32,000 nucleotides of DNA from Desulfotalea psychrophila LSv54 (GTDB taxonomy: Bacteria > Desulfobacterota > Desulfobulbia > Desulfobulbales > Desulfocapsaceae). The stretch's first letter is position 1. Every line of letters starts with the position of its first letter. Under the pieces are notes generated by a model that was given only the letters and a program-made list of their open reading frames with translations, searched no databases and was not told the origin of the DNA. Positions 16,979-26,054 of the stretch are shown piece after piece. The stretch is taken from NCBI RefSeq assembly GCF_000025945.1, contig NC_006138.1, positions 750,001 through 782,000 of the forward strand, given 5' to 3'. Both the position numbers and the translations under genes were made by a program.

Positions 16979-17890
16979 ATGACAGATATGCACACTATGA
17001 AAAAATGGCTGAAAATATCCATAGAGGCCAACCCTCTTATGGTGGAGGTCGTGAGTGATTATCTGGTGGGTATTCATGGCGCAGGTGTTGATCTTGCCGC
17101 AGATAAGGATGAAAATCCTGCGGGGCAAATTGTTGCCTTTATTGAGCAGGCAGAGCTGAGTACAGCAGATGCTGAAAAATGTGCAACGCAGATAAGTGTA
17201 TTCCTGGCAGAGATGGCTGCTGTTTTTAATGTGGCCAGTCCAAGCCTGGTTTGGGAATTTCTTGAGGAAGAGGATTGGAGTAAGAACTGGAAGGAACATT
17301 TTGTCCCCTTTACCATTGTCCCTGGTTTGATAATTGCCCCCACCTGGGAAAATTATGAGGCCCAAGGTGATGAGTTGGTAATAGAGATGGATCCCGGCAT
17401 GGCTTTTGGCACAGGACATCATGCAACCACAAGCCTTTCCCTCTCCTATTTGCAGGATGTTGTCACTCAGCGTGGTGCAAAAACTGTACTTGATGTTGGT
17501 TGCGGTACAGGGATTTTGGTGATGGGGGCGGTACTTTTTGGTGCCGAGCGTGGTTTGGGTATTGATAACTGTCCCGATGCTGTGGCGGCTGCCAGTAATA
17601 ATGTTGTCCATAATCATTTAGCTGAAAAAATAGATATTGGCATTACTCCGCTGAGCGAGTTGCGGGAGGAGTATGATCTGGTGGTGGCCAATATTATTCA
17701 TGATGTGCTTGCCTCCATGGTACTTGAGCTCTATAGCCGAGTTAAAAAAGAGGGCCACCTCATTCTCTCGGGCCTGCTTGCCGACCAACAGGTGGATTCC
17801 ATTATAGAGATCTTTGCCAGAGAGGGTTTTGTTTTGCTTGAAAAGGGGATTGAGGGTGAGTGGGGAGCTGTTCTCCTGCAGAAGAGATAG
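16979..17890 (+). CDS. prmA: Ribosomal protein L11 methyltransferase
   Basis: MDPGMAFGTGHHATTSLSLSYLQ, VLDVGCGTGILVMGAVLFGAERGLGIDNCPDAV, DLVVANIIHDVLASM. Confidence 0.93.
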   Translation: MTDMHTMKKWLKISIEANPLMVEVVSDYLVGIHGAGVDLAADKDENPAGQIVAFIEQAELSTADAEKCATQISVFLAEMAAVFNVASPSLVWEFLEEEDWSKNWKEHFVPFTIVPGLIIAPTWENYEAQGDELVIEMDPGMAFGTGHHATTSLSLSYLQDVVTQRGAKTVLDVGCGTGILVMGAVLFGAERGLGIDNCPDAVAAASNNVVHNHLAEKIDIGITPLSELREEYDLVVANIIHDVLASMVLELYSRVKKEGHLILSGLLADQQVDSIIEIFAREGFVLLEKGIEGEWGAVLLQKR

Positions 17891-17891
17891 A

Positions 17892-18281
17892 CTATCTCTT
17901 TTGGTTGAAAAAAGAGCTTTCTCCTGGTTGTATTGGTGTTACCGTGTAGTTATTGTTAAAGACCATGGCGATACCATCTGCCTCCTGGCGAATAACAACT
18001 CCCGTTGTAATGACCCAAACCCTGGGCCTTTGGCAAAACTCTTTTAGGCTGTTGATAGAGAGGATAAAGCGGAGCTTTTTTAGGTTTTCCATATCAAGGA
18101 GAAACTCTACCTGCAGTTTAGAGGCCAGGGGGAGAGGTTGCAGGGTGCGGAGAAAGGCCCCGCCGTTGCTTATATTGGCGCTGACCGTTTCCACCTGTTC
18201 TGGTTCTTGGTTGTGCCGATAGGTAATCTTAACGGCTGTTTCTAGGGAGAATCGTTTTCCGCTTCGCTGTTCTCTGGGCAT
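17892..18281 (-). CDS. PilZ domain protein
   Basis: MPREQRSGKRFSLETAVKITY...TVSANISNGGAFLRT resembles the PilZ RxxxR...DxSxxG pattern, with N replacing D in the second motif. Confidence 0.7.
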   Translation of the reverse strand: MPREQRSGKRFSLETAVKITYRHNQEPEQVETVSANISNGGAFLRTLQPLPLASKLQVEFLLDMENLKKLRFILSINSLKEFCQRPRVWVITTGVVIRQEADGIAMVFNNNYTVTPIQPGESSFFNQKR

Positions 18282-18430
18282 GGTGTCATTATGGGTGGAA
18301 GATTGTAGATATGTTTAACCTCTGGTAATTATAGCGTAAAAAAAACAACGAGGCTAGAGATAACGACTTGTCCCCTATTTTATTTGAGAATGAGTTTTTC
18401 ACTAGTTTTTAGAGGATAGAGTTATAGCTT

Positions 18431-19169
18431 ATGAGAAGATTTTTTTTCAGTCGGCAACAGGAAGAAGAGGGGCTGGTGGTTCTTTCACCAGAGGAGTCCA
18501 GGCATATCAGTAGGGTTCTCCGGCTTGAGCCCGGTGAGGTGGTTGAACTGCTCGATGGTCGTGGCTCTGTCTTTGGTGGTGAAATTGTTGCGGTTGGAGC
18601 AGAGGTGCAGGTAAGAATTACGGCAGAGCGTCCAACTGTGGTGGGACAAACGGACGGTACGTGTTGCTCAGGGCGTTTTGAAGGGGCAGAAGATGGATTT
18701 GGTCATTCAAAAGTGCACTGAACTCGGCGCCGAGGTGTTTATTCCCTACGATGCTGCCCGTAGTCAGGGCAAGCTCGATGCCAGTCAGGCCCGGAAAAAG
18801 CAGGAACGTTGGCAGCGTATCTCCCTTGAGGCCTGCAAGCAATGTATGCGTCCCCAACCTATGACCGTTGCCTCTCCCGCCAGTTTTGTCGATCTTGTTA
18901 CGGCTGAGTCAGTCGAAGGACCTCGGCTTAAACTTATCTTCTGGGAGGAGGAGAGTGCGACAAATTTATATAACTTGCCGGGGCTTGCCGATGCCTCTGG
19001 GGTGGATATCATTCTTGGCCCGGAGGGAGGGATCTCCCGGGAAGAGATAGAGATTGCTCGCGCTCATGGTTGGCAGACGGTGAGTCTGGGACAGCGCATT
19101 CTTCGGGCAGAAACGGCAGCCATTGTCGCCCTTACACTTGTTCAGTATTTGACGGGAAATTTATCGTGA
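18431..19169 (+). pseudogene. rsmE: 16S rRNA m3U1498 methyltransferase RsmE, apparently split by a +1 frameshift
   Basis: The N-terminal part (MRRFFFSRQQ...SRHISRVLRLEPGEVVELLDGRG) lies in frame 18431..18721. The C-terminal part (DKRTVRVAQGVLKGQKMDLVIQKCTELG...IILGPEGGISREE...LGQRILRAETAA) is in another frame, continuous from about 18645 to 19169. Confidence 0.72.
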
Positions 19170-20224
19170 AAAAAGAGAAGGAAGGGCAAGCAATTGATCC
19201 CGAAACTATGTTGGCTGAGGCTTTACATAGCGTGGCCTTTACCGATCCCTCCTATGGGGATTATCTGGTGGTCGATGTTCGCACTCATGCAGAATTTATC
19301 GAAAATTCCCTGCCAGGTGCGATCAATATTCCTCTCTTTGATGAGATGGAGCGAAGCGTTATTGGTACCCTCTATAAGCAGGTGGGCAGGCAGGAGGCCG
19401 TGCAGGCAGGATTTGAAATTGTCCACCCTAAGCTCTCCGCGATTGTCGAGAGCTTTGAACCTTATCGACAGAGAAAATTGCTTATCTCCTGTGCCCGTGG
19501 TGGCATGCGTTCCCGGGCGGTGGTCAATCTTTTAGCAGGGCAGGGGTTTAATATTGCTCAGCTGGAGGGTGGTTATAAGGCCTATCGTCACACTGTTCTG
19601 GACAGGGTGAAGAACTTTGCCCCGGAGATGATTGTCCTGCACGGGATGACTGGGGTGGGAAAGACCCGCATCATCGAAAAGCTCTCCCCTAGTATTGATC
19701 TGGAGTTGATGGCTAATCATCGAAGTTCTCTCTTTGGTGCCCTGGACCGAGAGGCGAGCAATCAAAAAGGTTTTGAGGCGGCGTTTTATCAAAAAATAGA
19801 GGAAGGTGGGCAGGAACCATTTTTTGTGGAAGGAGAGAGCAGGAAGATCGGTCAGGTCTTTATGCCCGATCGTTTTGCTGTGGCCATGAAGCAGGCTAGG
19901 ATGGTATTTGTTACAGCTTCCATGGAGACCCGTGTTCAACGCATTATCGAAGACTATCCCATGGATGATCCTCAGGTGCGTAGCAAGGCCCTGGCTGTAG
20001 TTAAATCCCTGCGTCAACGGTTGGGAGGGAAGATTGTTGACCAGCTTTCCCTTCTTCTGCAGCGTGATGATCTCTCCGAGTTTGTCCATATTCTTCTTAC
20101 TGACTATTACGACGGGCGTTATGGCAACTGTATGCTCGAGTATAACTACGACCTTCGCCTCTCCTCTGAGAATATTGACGATACCGTGGCCGAGTTGGTT
20201 AAGTATCGACAGAGCCTGCTCTAG
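19166..20224 (+). CDS. selU: tRNA 2-selenouridine synthase (MnmH/YbbB)
   Basis: Rhodanese domain (VVDVRTHAEF, LLISCARGGMRSRAV) followed by a P-loop (VLHGMTGVGKTRIIEKL). GTG start overlaps the rsmE stop; the track ORF starts further upstream at 19070. Confidence 0.92.
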   Translation: MKKEKEGQAIDPETMLAEALHSVAFTDPSYGDYLVVDVRTHAEFIENSLPGAINIPLFDEMERSVIGTLYKQVGRQEAVQAGFEIVHPKLSAIVESFEPYRQRKLLISCARGGMRSRAVVNLLAGQGFNIAQLEGGYKAYRHTVLDRVKNFAPEMIVLHGMTGVGKTRIIEKLSPSIDLELMANHRSSLFGALDREASNQKGFEAAFYQKIEEGGQEPFFVEGESRKIGQVFMPDRFAVAMKQARMVFVTASMETRVQRIIEDYPMDDPQVRSKALAVVKSLRQRLGGKIVDQLSLLLQRDDLSEFVHILLTDYYDGRYGNCMLEYNYDLRLSSENIDDTVAELVKYRQSLL

Positions 20225-20417
20225 CCTCGCTTGATCCCCTCCTTTGAATAGCTCGTGGCCACGGGTATTTTTTACTTTGTGGCTTTTTAGCGAGGAGAAG
20301 CATTCTCGGTGCGAGGAGGAAGGGCAAACCTAAGCTCAGAGTTGCTTCGGTTACCATATAAAAATATTGTAATCCTATTACGCCAATTATTTTCTTATCC
20401 CCTTAGGGAGGTTCCCA

Positions 20418-21647
20418 GTGTTTCATAGTTTCAGATCTTCTCTCTTGCTTGTTCTCCTGGTAGCAGTGACAGTTTGGCCCTTAACCAGTAGCGCAGAAGG
20501 TGGAGAACCCGGTTGTAAATACAAACAGTGGGTAAGGTTGATAGAGCATGATGGTGAGGAGGTAAGTCTGTCCAGTGCCAGAATAAGAGTAATCGCCGGT
20601 GATGAACTCTTAATTACCATGGCGGATGGTCATCTGCAGCTCGTCCGCCTCCATAATATTCTCTGTCCGCAGCCCGGCCAGGCATTAGACTCAAAAGCCA
20701 GAGAATTTACCCTTAAATACATCGAAAAAAACCGCGCTAGCCTCTATTGGCTGGAAACTGGCAAGAGAGACGATCATCTGGTTGGTCACATTTATTCAGG
20801 GGAGCCGGACTTCTCAGTTCTTGACTCCGACATAGGGAGTATGCTTGGCAACGAGTTGGTTTACTCAGGGCTGGCCTCTGTCGAGTCAGACTCGCCTGGC
20901 GCCTCTTCTGAGTCATTGCTGGTAATGAGGAGAAATGAAGAGCTCCTCTCCTTCCAGGATGCGGCTATCGCCAGCAAAAGAGGACTTTGGTCCGCTACGG
21001 TAAAAAACAAGCCTCAGGTTCTCCTGGTCCGCCAATTCAAATTTTCCGGCAGGGACTATTGGGCAACCTACCTGGAGGACTTTGAGTACACCAGTTGGCA
21101 CCGCAGTTGGCAGCGTGCCAAATTAGAGGCAACCGGGGAAGCACCCCCGACGGACGCCCCGCCAAGTGATCCCACGGCTGTCGGGGAGGTCAAACCTGAT
21201 GAGCAGCTGACCAACTGTGTATTTAATAGAAACCGCTCTGACAACCGGGATAAAGTTCCTTGGAACGGTGCTGTTTGGGAGTGTGGGGAATATTATAACA
21301 ACGGTCGTTGCAAATTCACCAGAAAGTATAAGGGCGGTGATCCCATAGCAAACAAAATGGGTTCTCGGCCAGACGGGGAAAAAGTTCGGATTGAAAGATC
21401 TGATGTGAAGGCTGTGGAGGCCAGGCCTTCTGAGGCTTCAAAGCCTGAGAGAGTATCGAGCGTCCCTTCAGCTAAGACCACAGCTTTCGGGGAGGGCGAG
21501 AAGCTGGCCAACTGTGTATTCAACAGAAACCGCTCTGACAACCGGGAAAAAGTTATCTGGAACGGTGCTGTTTGGACGTGTGGGGAATATTATAACAACG
21601 GTCGTTGCAAATTCACAAAAAAGCTTAGAGACCTGAAACCCCAGTGA
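20418..21647 (+). CDS. Exported SNase-like-fold protein with a duplicated C-terminal Cys-containing module
   Basis: Signal peptide; RVIAGDELLITMADGHLQLVRLHNILCPQPGQALDSKAREF...RNEELLSFQDAAIASKRGLWS aligns by eye with the thermonuclease fold. Two copies of L[TA]NCVFNRNRSDNR[DE]KVxWNGAVWxCGEYYNNGRCKFT follow. Confidence 0.65.
   Translation: MFHSFRSSLLLVLLVAVTVWPLTSSAEGGEPGCKYKQWVRLIEHDGEEVSLSSARIRVIAGDELLITMADGHLQLVRLHNILCPQPGQALDSKAREFTLKYIEKNRASLYWLETGKRDDHLVGHIYSGEPDFSVLDSDIGSMLGNELVYSGLASVESDSPGASSESLLVMRRNEELLSFQDAAIASKRGLWSATVKNKPQVLLVRQFKFSGRDYWATYLEDFEYTSWHRSWQRAKLEATGEAPPTDAPPSDPTAVGEVKPDEQLTNCVFNRNRSDNRDKVPWNGAVWECGEYYNNGRCKFTRKYKGGDPIANKMGSRPDGEKVRIERSDVKAVEARPSEASKPERVSSVPSAKTTAFGEGEKLANCVFNRNRSDNREKVIWNGAVWTCGEYYNNGRCKFTKKLRDLKPQ
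21207..21326 (+). repeat. Intragenic direct repeat, copy 1 (120 bp / 40 aa)
   Basis: LTNCVFNRNRSDNRDKVPWNGAVWECGEYYNNGRCKFTRK; hand comparison gives about 109/120 bases identical to copy 2. Confidence 0.92.
21504..21623 (+). repeat. Intragenic direct repeat, copy 2 (120 bp / 40 aa)
   Basis: LANCVFNRNRSDNREKVIWNGAVWTCGEYYNNGRCKFTKK. Confidence 0.92.
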
Positions 21648-21916
21648 TATGAAGAGCTATGAGCGATGCGTTTTTGCAAGCGAGCTCGCTAAAGACCGTT
21701 ACCGGGAGCTTGTAGACGAGGCCTCTTATCGGATAATGGCCCTGTTCTACAATCATGCGGATATGGAGCTCTGGTTGTCGGCGAGGGGCAGGAGATGCCG
21801 CATCTGGCCCATCTTCTGTTTTTGCGCCACGAGGAGTCCAGCTAAGTGGTAATGGGGCCGGCAATACTGTCGGCATTTTGATGAAAGGCATAATAGCTTG
21901 ACGGGGTCGTTGCCTA

Positions 21917-22414
21917 ATGAACGCTTTTGCTATTTTTCTGACAATATTTTTTGCTGCGCCCGCATTGTGCCTGGAGACCTCCGTCGACGGCGAGCTTTTT
22001 GAGACGAGCCGGCAGGTCGATGTTCTTGATTGTGGCTCATATAAGATTGAAACGGTGCAAGAGATTTGGCCGGAAGAACTTCTCTGGGACCTGATACCCA
22101 AAGGCGCATCCAGCGGCCATTTTGCCGACCTGTCAGTGCTCTCGCATGAAAACTACCTTGTTCTACCTCGAGGGGAGAGGATTAGGATCCCGAATTTTAA
22201 GCGAATCCACCAGGACAGCCCGGGATTGTATCGGGATCGGGTTTATTTTTCGTACCCCCAGGCCTGCGTGGGGAGGAAGGTGATTTTTACCCTGTGGGCC
22301 GGGGGTAACTGCAGTAAATGTGAGGTGTGGATCGAGGCGGTCTTTTCCGAAGAAGGTACACTGATTAACTCGCAGATCATCGACTATCAGGAAGTTGAAG
22401 GGCAATTGCCGTAA
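21917..22414 (+). CDS. Hypothetical secreted protein with several Cys residues
   Basis: MNAFAIFLTIFFAAPALCLE signal peptide, 165 aa. Mature part contains VDVLDCGSYKIE, QACVGRKV, GGNCSKCEVWIEAVF. Confidence 0.5.
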   Translation: MNAFAIFLTIFFAAPALCLETSVDGELFETSRQVDVLDCGSYKIETVQEIWPEELLWDLIPKGASSGHFADLSVLSHENYLVLPRGERIRIPNFKRIHQDSPGLYRDRVYFSYPQACVGRKVIFTLWAGGNCSKCEVWIEAVFSEEGTLINSQIIDYQEVEGQLP

Positions 22415-22768
22415 TGGAGAAACGAAGCTTGTCACCATCTCCACCTCAACCTAAAGCGGTTCATAAGATGATTTCTTCCGAAAGACTCAGAATCTTTTTC
22501 TTCATGACCGAGGTCGGTTCCAGTTATAAACTCAACAGCCGCCTTTTTGTTAAAAACCCGGATATAGATTATTGCTCTCAATTAGAGTGGTGCAGAACGG
22601 AATATTACATCTTCAAGGCTGGGAAGTTTGTTCCCCTAAGGTAGGCTTTGTCTATTCACAGGCGGTGGCGTTTAGGCTATGCGGGCGATGTGCTGTGGAT
22701 GTAGGCAGTTCGTCGCCGCAGCTTATCATTACACCTTATCTGGCAAAACATTTAAAATATATGGACCC

Positions 22769-23140
22769 ATGAATACTGATAACATAAAGCAAGAGTTTGT
22801 TGTTCCACCTCTTCAGCCCCTCAGGGTAACGGAAGGCTGGCTAATGTTATATAACAGCGCCTTATATGAGATAGACCCATTGTCTGAAGTTATTTCGGAA
22901 GCCGAGAGATGGTGGCTCTGCAAAGAGGATATGCTGCAAATGCGTCATGATGCCCGAAATAGGATGCTTGACTTGGGGTGGTGTAGAGAGGGTGATCTCG
23001 AAAATGGGAATTATATGTTGGTGCTCCATGAGGGTGATTGTACTGGAAAGCTTCTTTACGAAAAACTAAGCACTAGCAGGCTTGAGATTGTTTCTGAAAT
23101 TGAAAAAATCTTGCTTCTGGTTACCGAGGGAAAGTTGTGA
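22769..23140 (+). CDS. Hypothetical small acidic protein, possibly immunity-protein-like
   Basis: MNTDNIKQEFVVPPLQPL...MLDLGWCREGDLENGNYMLVLHEGDCTGKLLYEKLSTSRLEIVSEIEKILL. The start is an internal ATG of the track ORF 22679..23140. Confidence 0.5.
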   Translation: MNTDNIKQEFVVPPLQPLRVTEGWLMLYNSALYEIDPLSEVISEAERWWLCKEDMLQMRHDARNRMLDLGWCREGDLENGNYMLVLHEGDCTGKLLYEKLSTSRLEIVSEIEKILLLVTEGKL

Positions 23141-23585
23141 AAATGCCGCATAACATCGCAGGTATGCAGCAGTCAAATTTTCCTCTATGTTCATGGTCTC
23201 TCTTATGGGGATTTTGTCCTGGCCGGGAAAAAGCAGAATGCGAGGGGAACATCAGGGAGAGGTGGATCATTCTCTGCAGGTAGGCCTCGGAATTAGCAGA
23301 TATTGCCGTATAGAGGTGCAGCCGACAAGAACAGTGTAGGTGTAGAAAATCCTTGTTACCTTCCCTGTAGCTTGCGCAATGCCCTCCCTTTTAAAGCCTC
23401 TCGATGAGAACCCCGGTAAGAACGACTGAGGCAATTTCCAAAGAGATATAACTAGAATAGGGAGTATCTTTTTTCTGTTGTTAAACGCACTGGGAAAAGG
23501 TTGTTAAAACTGTTGTGACTGTCTTGATTTAGGTATATGTTGTAAGCAGTTACATGCTACTAACTGGTAGCATGTTAAATGATTA

Positions 23586-23722
23586 ATTCTCAGGGCGGGG
23601 TGGAATTCCCCACCGGCGGTGATTCCCTGTGGGGACAGCCCGCGAGCGCCTGTCATTATGGCAGGGTCCAGCTGATCTGGTGAGATTCCAGAGCCGACGG
23701 TTAGAGTCCGGAAGGAAGAGAT
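23586..23722 (+). promoter_or_regulatory. FMN riboswitch (RFN element)
   Basis: CAGGGCGGGGTGGAATTCCCCACCGGCGGT...CCCGCGAGCG...CAGCTGATCTGGTGAGATTCCAGAGCCGACGGTTAGAGTCCGGAAGG carries the conserved RFN core, directly upstream of ribB. Confidence 0.96.
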
Positions 23723-23811
23723 AAGGCGGTAATCCGTAGTGGTGCTTTCTGTGCCATGTTCTTTAATGCTCCTCCATGCCCTGATTCTGGTAAATAAAAG
23801 GAGAAATTACC

Positions 23812-24456
23812 ATGGGTCAGTCTCTATTGAGTTCTTTTGGCGATGCACAACAGCGAGTTGAAAAATCACTTCAGGCCCTGCGACAGGGAGAAGGGGTGCT
23901 TTTGGTGGATGATGAAGATCGCGAAAATGAAGGCGATCTCATCTATTCTGCAGAGCATCTCACCGCCAAGCAGATGGCTCTGATGATCCGGGAAGGTTCG
24001 GGTATTGTCTGTCTCTGTTTGACTGGAGAGAAGGTGGATGAGCTTAAGCTACCCCAGATGGTGACCAACAATAATAGCCGCCATGGTACGGGATTCACTA
24101 TCTCTATCGAGGCTCGGGATGGCGTAACCACGGGCGTTTCTGCGGCAGACCGTACTCAGACTGTCAAGGCAGCTATTGCTGAAGGTGCCGTGGCTGAAGA
24201 TCTCTGTCAGCCAGGTCATGTTTTTCCACTTCGTGCTCGGGATAATGGCGTACTTGATCGTCGTGGCCATACCGAGGGCACCGTTGATCTGATGAAGCTT
24301 TCAGGTCTCGCTCCCGCAGGCCTTCTCTGTGAGTTGACCAATGTCGATGGAACCATGGCTCGTCTTCCCGAGATTGTAGACTTTGCCCGCAAGAGAGATA
24401 TGCAGGTGCTCAGCATTGAGGATATTGCCCAATATCGTCAGGGACACAATTTATAG
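23812..24456 (+). CDS. ribB: 3,4-dihydroxy-2-butanone 4-phosphate synthase
   Basis: [73 protein letters not shown]. Confidence 0.96.
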   Translation: MGQSLLSSFGDAQQRVEKSLQALRQGEGVLLVDDEDRENEGDLIYSAEHLTAKQMALMIREGSGIVCLCLTGEKVDELKLPQMVTNNNSRHGTGFTISIEARDGVTTGVSAADRTQTVKAAIAEGAVAEDLCQPGHVFPLRARDNGVLDRRGHTEGTVDLMKLSGLAPAGLLCELTNVDGTMARLPEIVDFARKRDMQVLSIEDIAQYRQGHNL

Positions 24457-24479
24457 ACGAGGGTTACGGGGCCTGGTAG

Positions 24480-25091
24480 CTAAAGGTCCTTATTGATGCT
24501 CAGGCCTTGGTGTTCCAGGGTCCTGAGTTGGCAGAGGCATTCCGAAAAACTATCAAGACGTAAATTGGTAGAGAGTTTTATTAATGCCCCATAGTCAGTG
24601 CTGAGGCTTTCGGCTTCATATTCGGTAAGGATTCTGTTTACCGCCTGTTGTAGTGGGTAGGAGAATTCAAGTGCCACCCTTTGGTAGGAGTGTTTGGTTC
24701 GAGTTTTGAGTTCTGCCAGGGCATGTTGTACGGCTCCGCTGTAGGCACGGGCCATACCTCCGGTACCTAACTTTGTCCCACCAAAATAGCGACTGACCAC
24801 GGCACATATTTCACCGATGCCCGAGTGATGGATAACGTTGAACATGGGTTTGCCCGCACAGCCCTTGGGCTCTCCATTGTCGTTCATCCCCCAGCAGGAG
24901 GGATCTGTTGGTTTTCCCGCGACATAGGCCCAACAGTTATGGCTTGCCGTGGGGTGTAGGCACTGTATCTTTTTTATAAAATCCTGGGCAATATCTTGTT
25001 CAGGGCAGTGGCTGATATAGCAGATAAACTGGCTTTTTTTGACGATGTCCGTTGTCTGGTGTTCGTGGGCGGGGATAGGATAACTCTGCAT
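24480..25091 (-). CDS. IMPACT/YigZ family protein
   Basis: KKSQFICYISHCP, ASHNCWAYVAG, NDNGEPKGCAGKPMFNVI, VVSRYFGGTKLGTGGMARAYSGAV. Confidence 0.9.
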   Translation of the reverse strand: MQSYPIPAHEHQTTDIVKKSQFICYISHCPEQDIAQDFIKKIQCLHPTASHNCWAYVAGKPTDPSCWGMNDNGEPKGCAGKPMFNVIHHSGIGEICAVVSRYFGGTKLGTGGMARAYSGAVQHALAELKTRTKHSYQRVALEFSYPLQQAVNRILTEYEAESLSTDYGALIKLSTNLRLDSFSECLCQLRTLEHQGLSINKDL

Positions 25092-25134
25092 GGGATAGCG
25101 GGAAGGTAGTTGGCACCACCTTCCCTATAGGCCT

Positions 25135-25755
25135 CTATTTGTTTTTCTTGTCTTTCTTCTTGCAAGCAGCTTCTTTGGGTGTCTTTCCGTCTTCTTGCTT
25201 TTTGCCCTTCTTTTTCTCTTTTTTCTTTTTAGCTTTTTTCTTCTTCTCTTTTTCGGACTGCTCTTTTAGGGAGAGAAGCTTCTGCTCTTTTTTATCCTTC
25301 TTCTTGCTATCTTTGTCGTTCTTCTTTTTCTTCGCCATCTTTTTCTTCTCCTTTTTTACTGGTATTATTGAATTATCCATTTCAACTTTGGCAGAATCAG
25401 GAGCTGTCGTCAAATTTATTTTTTCAGTCTCTGCAGGTTCCGGAACATCCATGACCTCTGTCTCCTCTGCGGGGACTTCTGGTGCTGGACTTATGGCTAT
25501 CAAGGCAGGATCTGTGTCAGCAAACATTTGCAGACCACTCTTTTTAAAGAGGACAAGGGCGTAGCGTAGTTGTCCTAGAGTCATGCTGCTGGCTTTTGCC
25601 GCCTGGGTTTGGGTCATTCCGTCGTCGATAGAGAGCAGGGCGGTAGCTCTTTTGCTGTCGGAAATTACCTCCTGCTGCGCAACTTTTTCGCAGATTGTCC
25701 GTTCGGAGAGACTCAATAGTTTTCCTGGTGTTATATCTGAGGATATTTCGGTCAT
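25135..25755 (-). CDS. HTH-like protein with a highly basic Lys-rich C-terminal tail
   Basis: N-terminal DDGMTQTQAAKASSMTLGQLRYALVLFKKSGL looks like a helix-turn-helix. The C-terminal ~75 aa are dominated by KKKK/KEKKK runs. Confidence 0.65.
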   Translation of the reverse strand: MTEISSDITPGKLLSLSERTICEKVAQQEVISDSKRATALLSIDDGMTQTQAAKASSMTLGQLRYALVLFKKSGLQMFADTDPALIAISPAPEVPAEETEVMDVPEPAETEKINLTTAPDSAKVEMDNSIIPVKKEKKKMAKKKKNDKDSKKKDKKEQKLLSLKEQSEKEKKKKAKKKKEKKKGKKQEDGKTPKEAACKKKDKKNK

Positions 25756-26054
25756 TTTTTATGCCCCTGTAAAGTAATATAGGTGGTGGGATGAGGCTGT
25801 TATCTTTTAAGAGGAACAACTTGCCCGTCGATGATAGGCGCTATTTGTTTGTAAAAAGCAAACAATATCCTGATAATAGTTATTTTCGAAAAATAATGCC
25901 TTAAAAATTTCAAAAATAAAATGAAAATCTTCTGTGATTTAACTGCGGAAATTTTTGTTTTTTTATGCTATTTTCAAGGCGCATATGATCTGCCCTTTGT
26001 AGGGTAGTATGCCATCGATATCATTTTTTCTCAAAAGTAAAAGGAATTACCGTC

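Noticed and set aside
16961-17617. 218-aa minus-strand ORF
   Set aside because: Antisense to prmA, which has unmistakable methyltransferase motifs.
19532-20089. 185-aa minus-strand ORF
   Set aside because: Antisense to selU.
25139-25564. Plus-strand Phe/Ser-rich 'membrane-like' ORF
   Set aside because: Complement of the Lys-rich AAG/AAA codons of the opposite-strand gene, so the hydrophobicity is an artefact.
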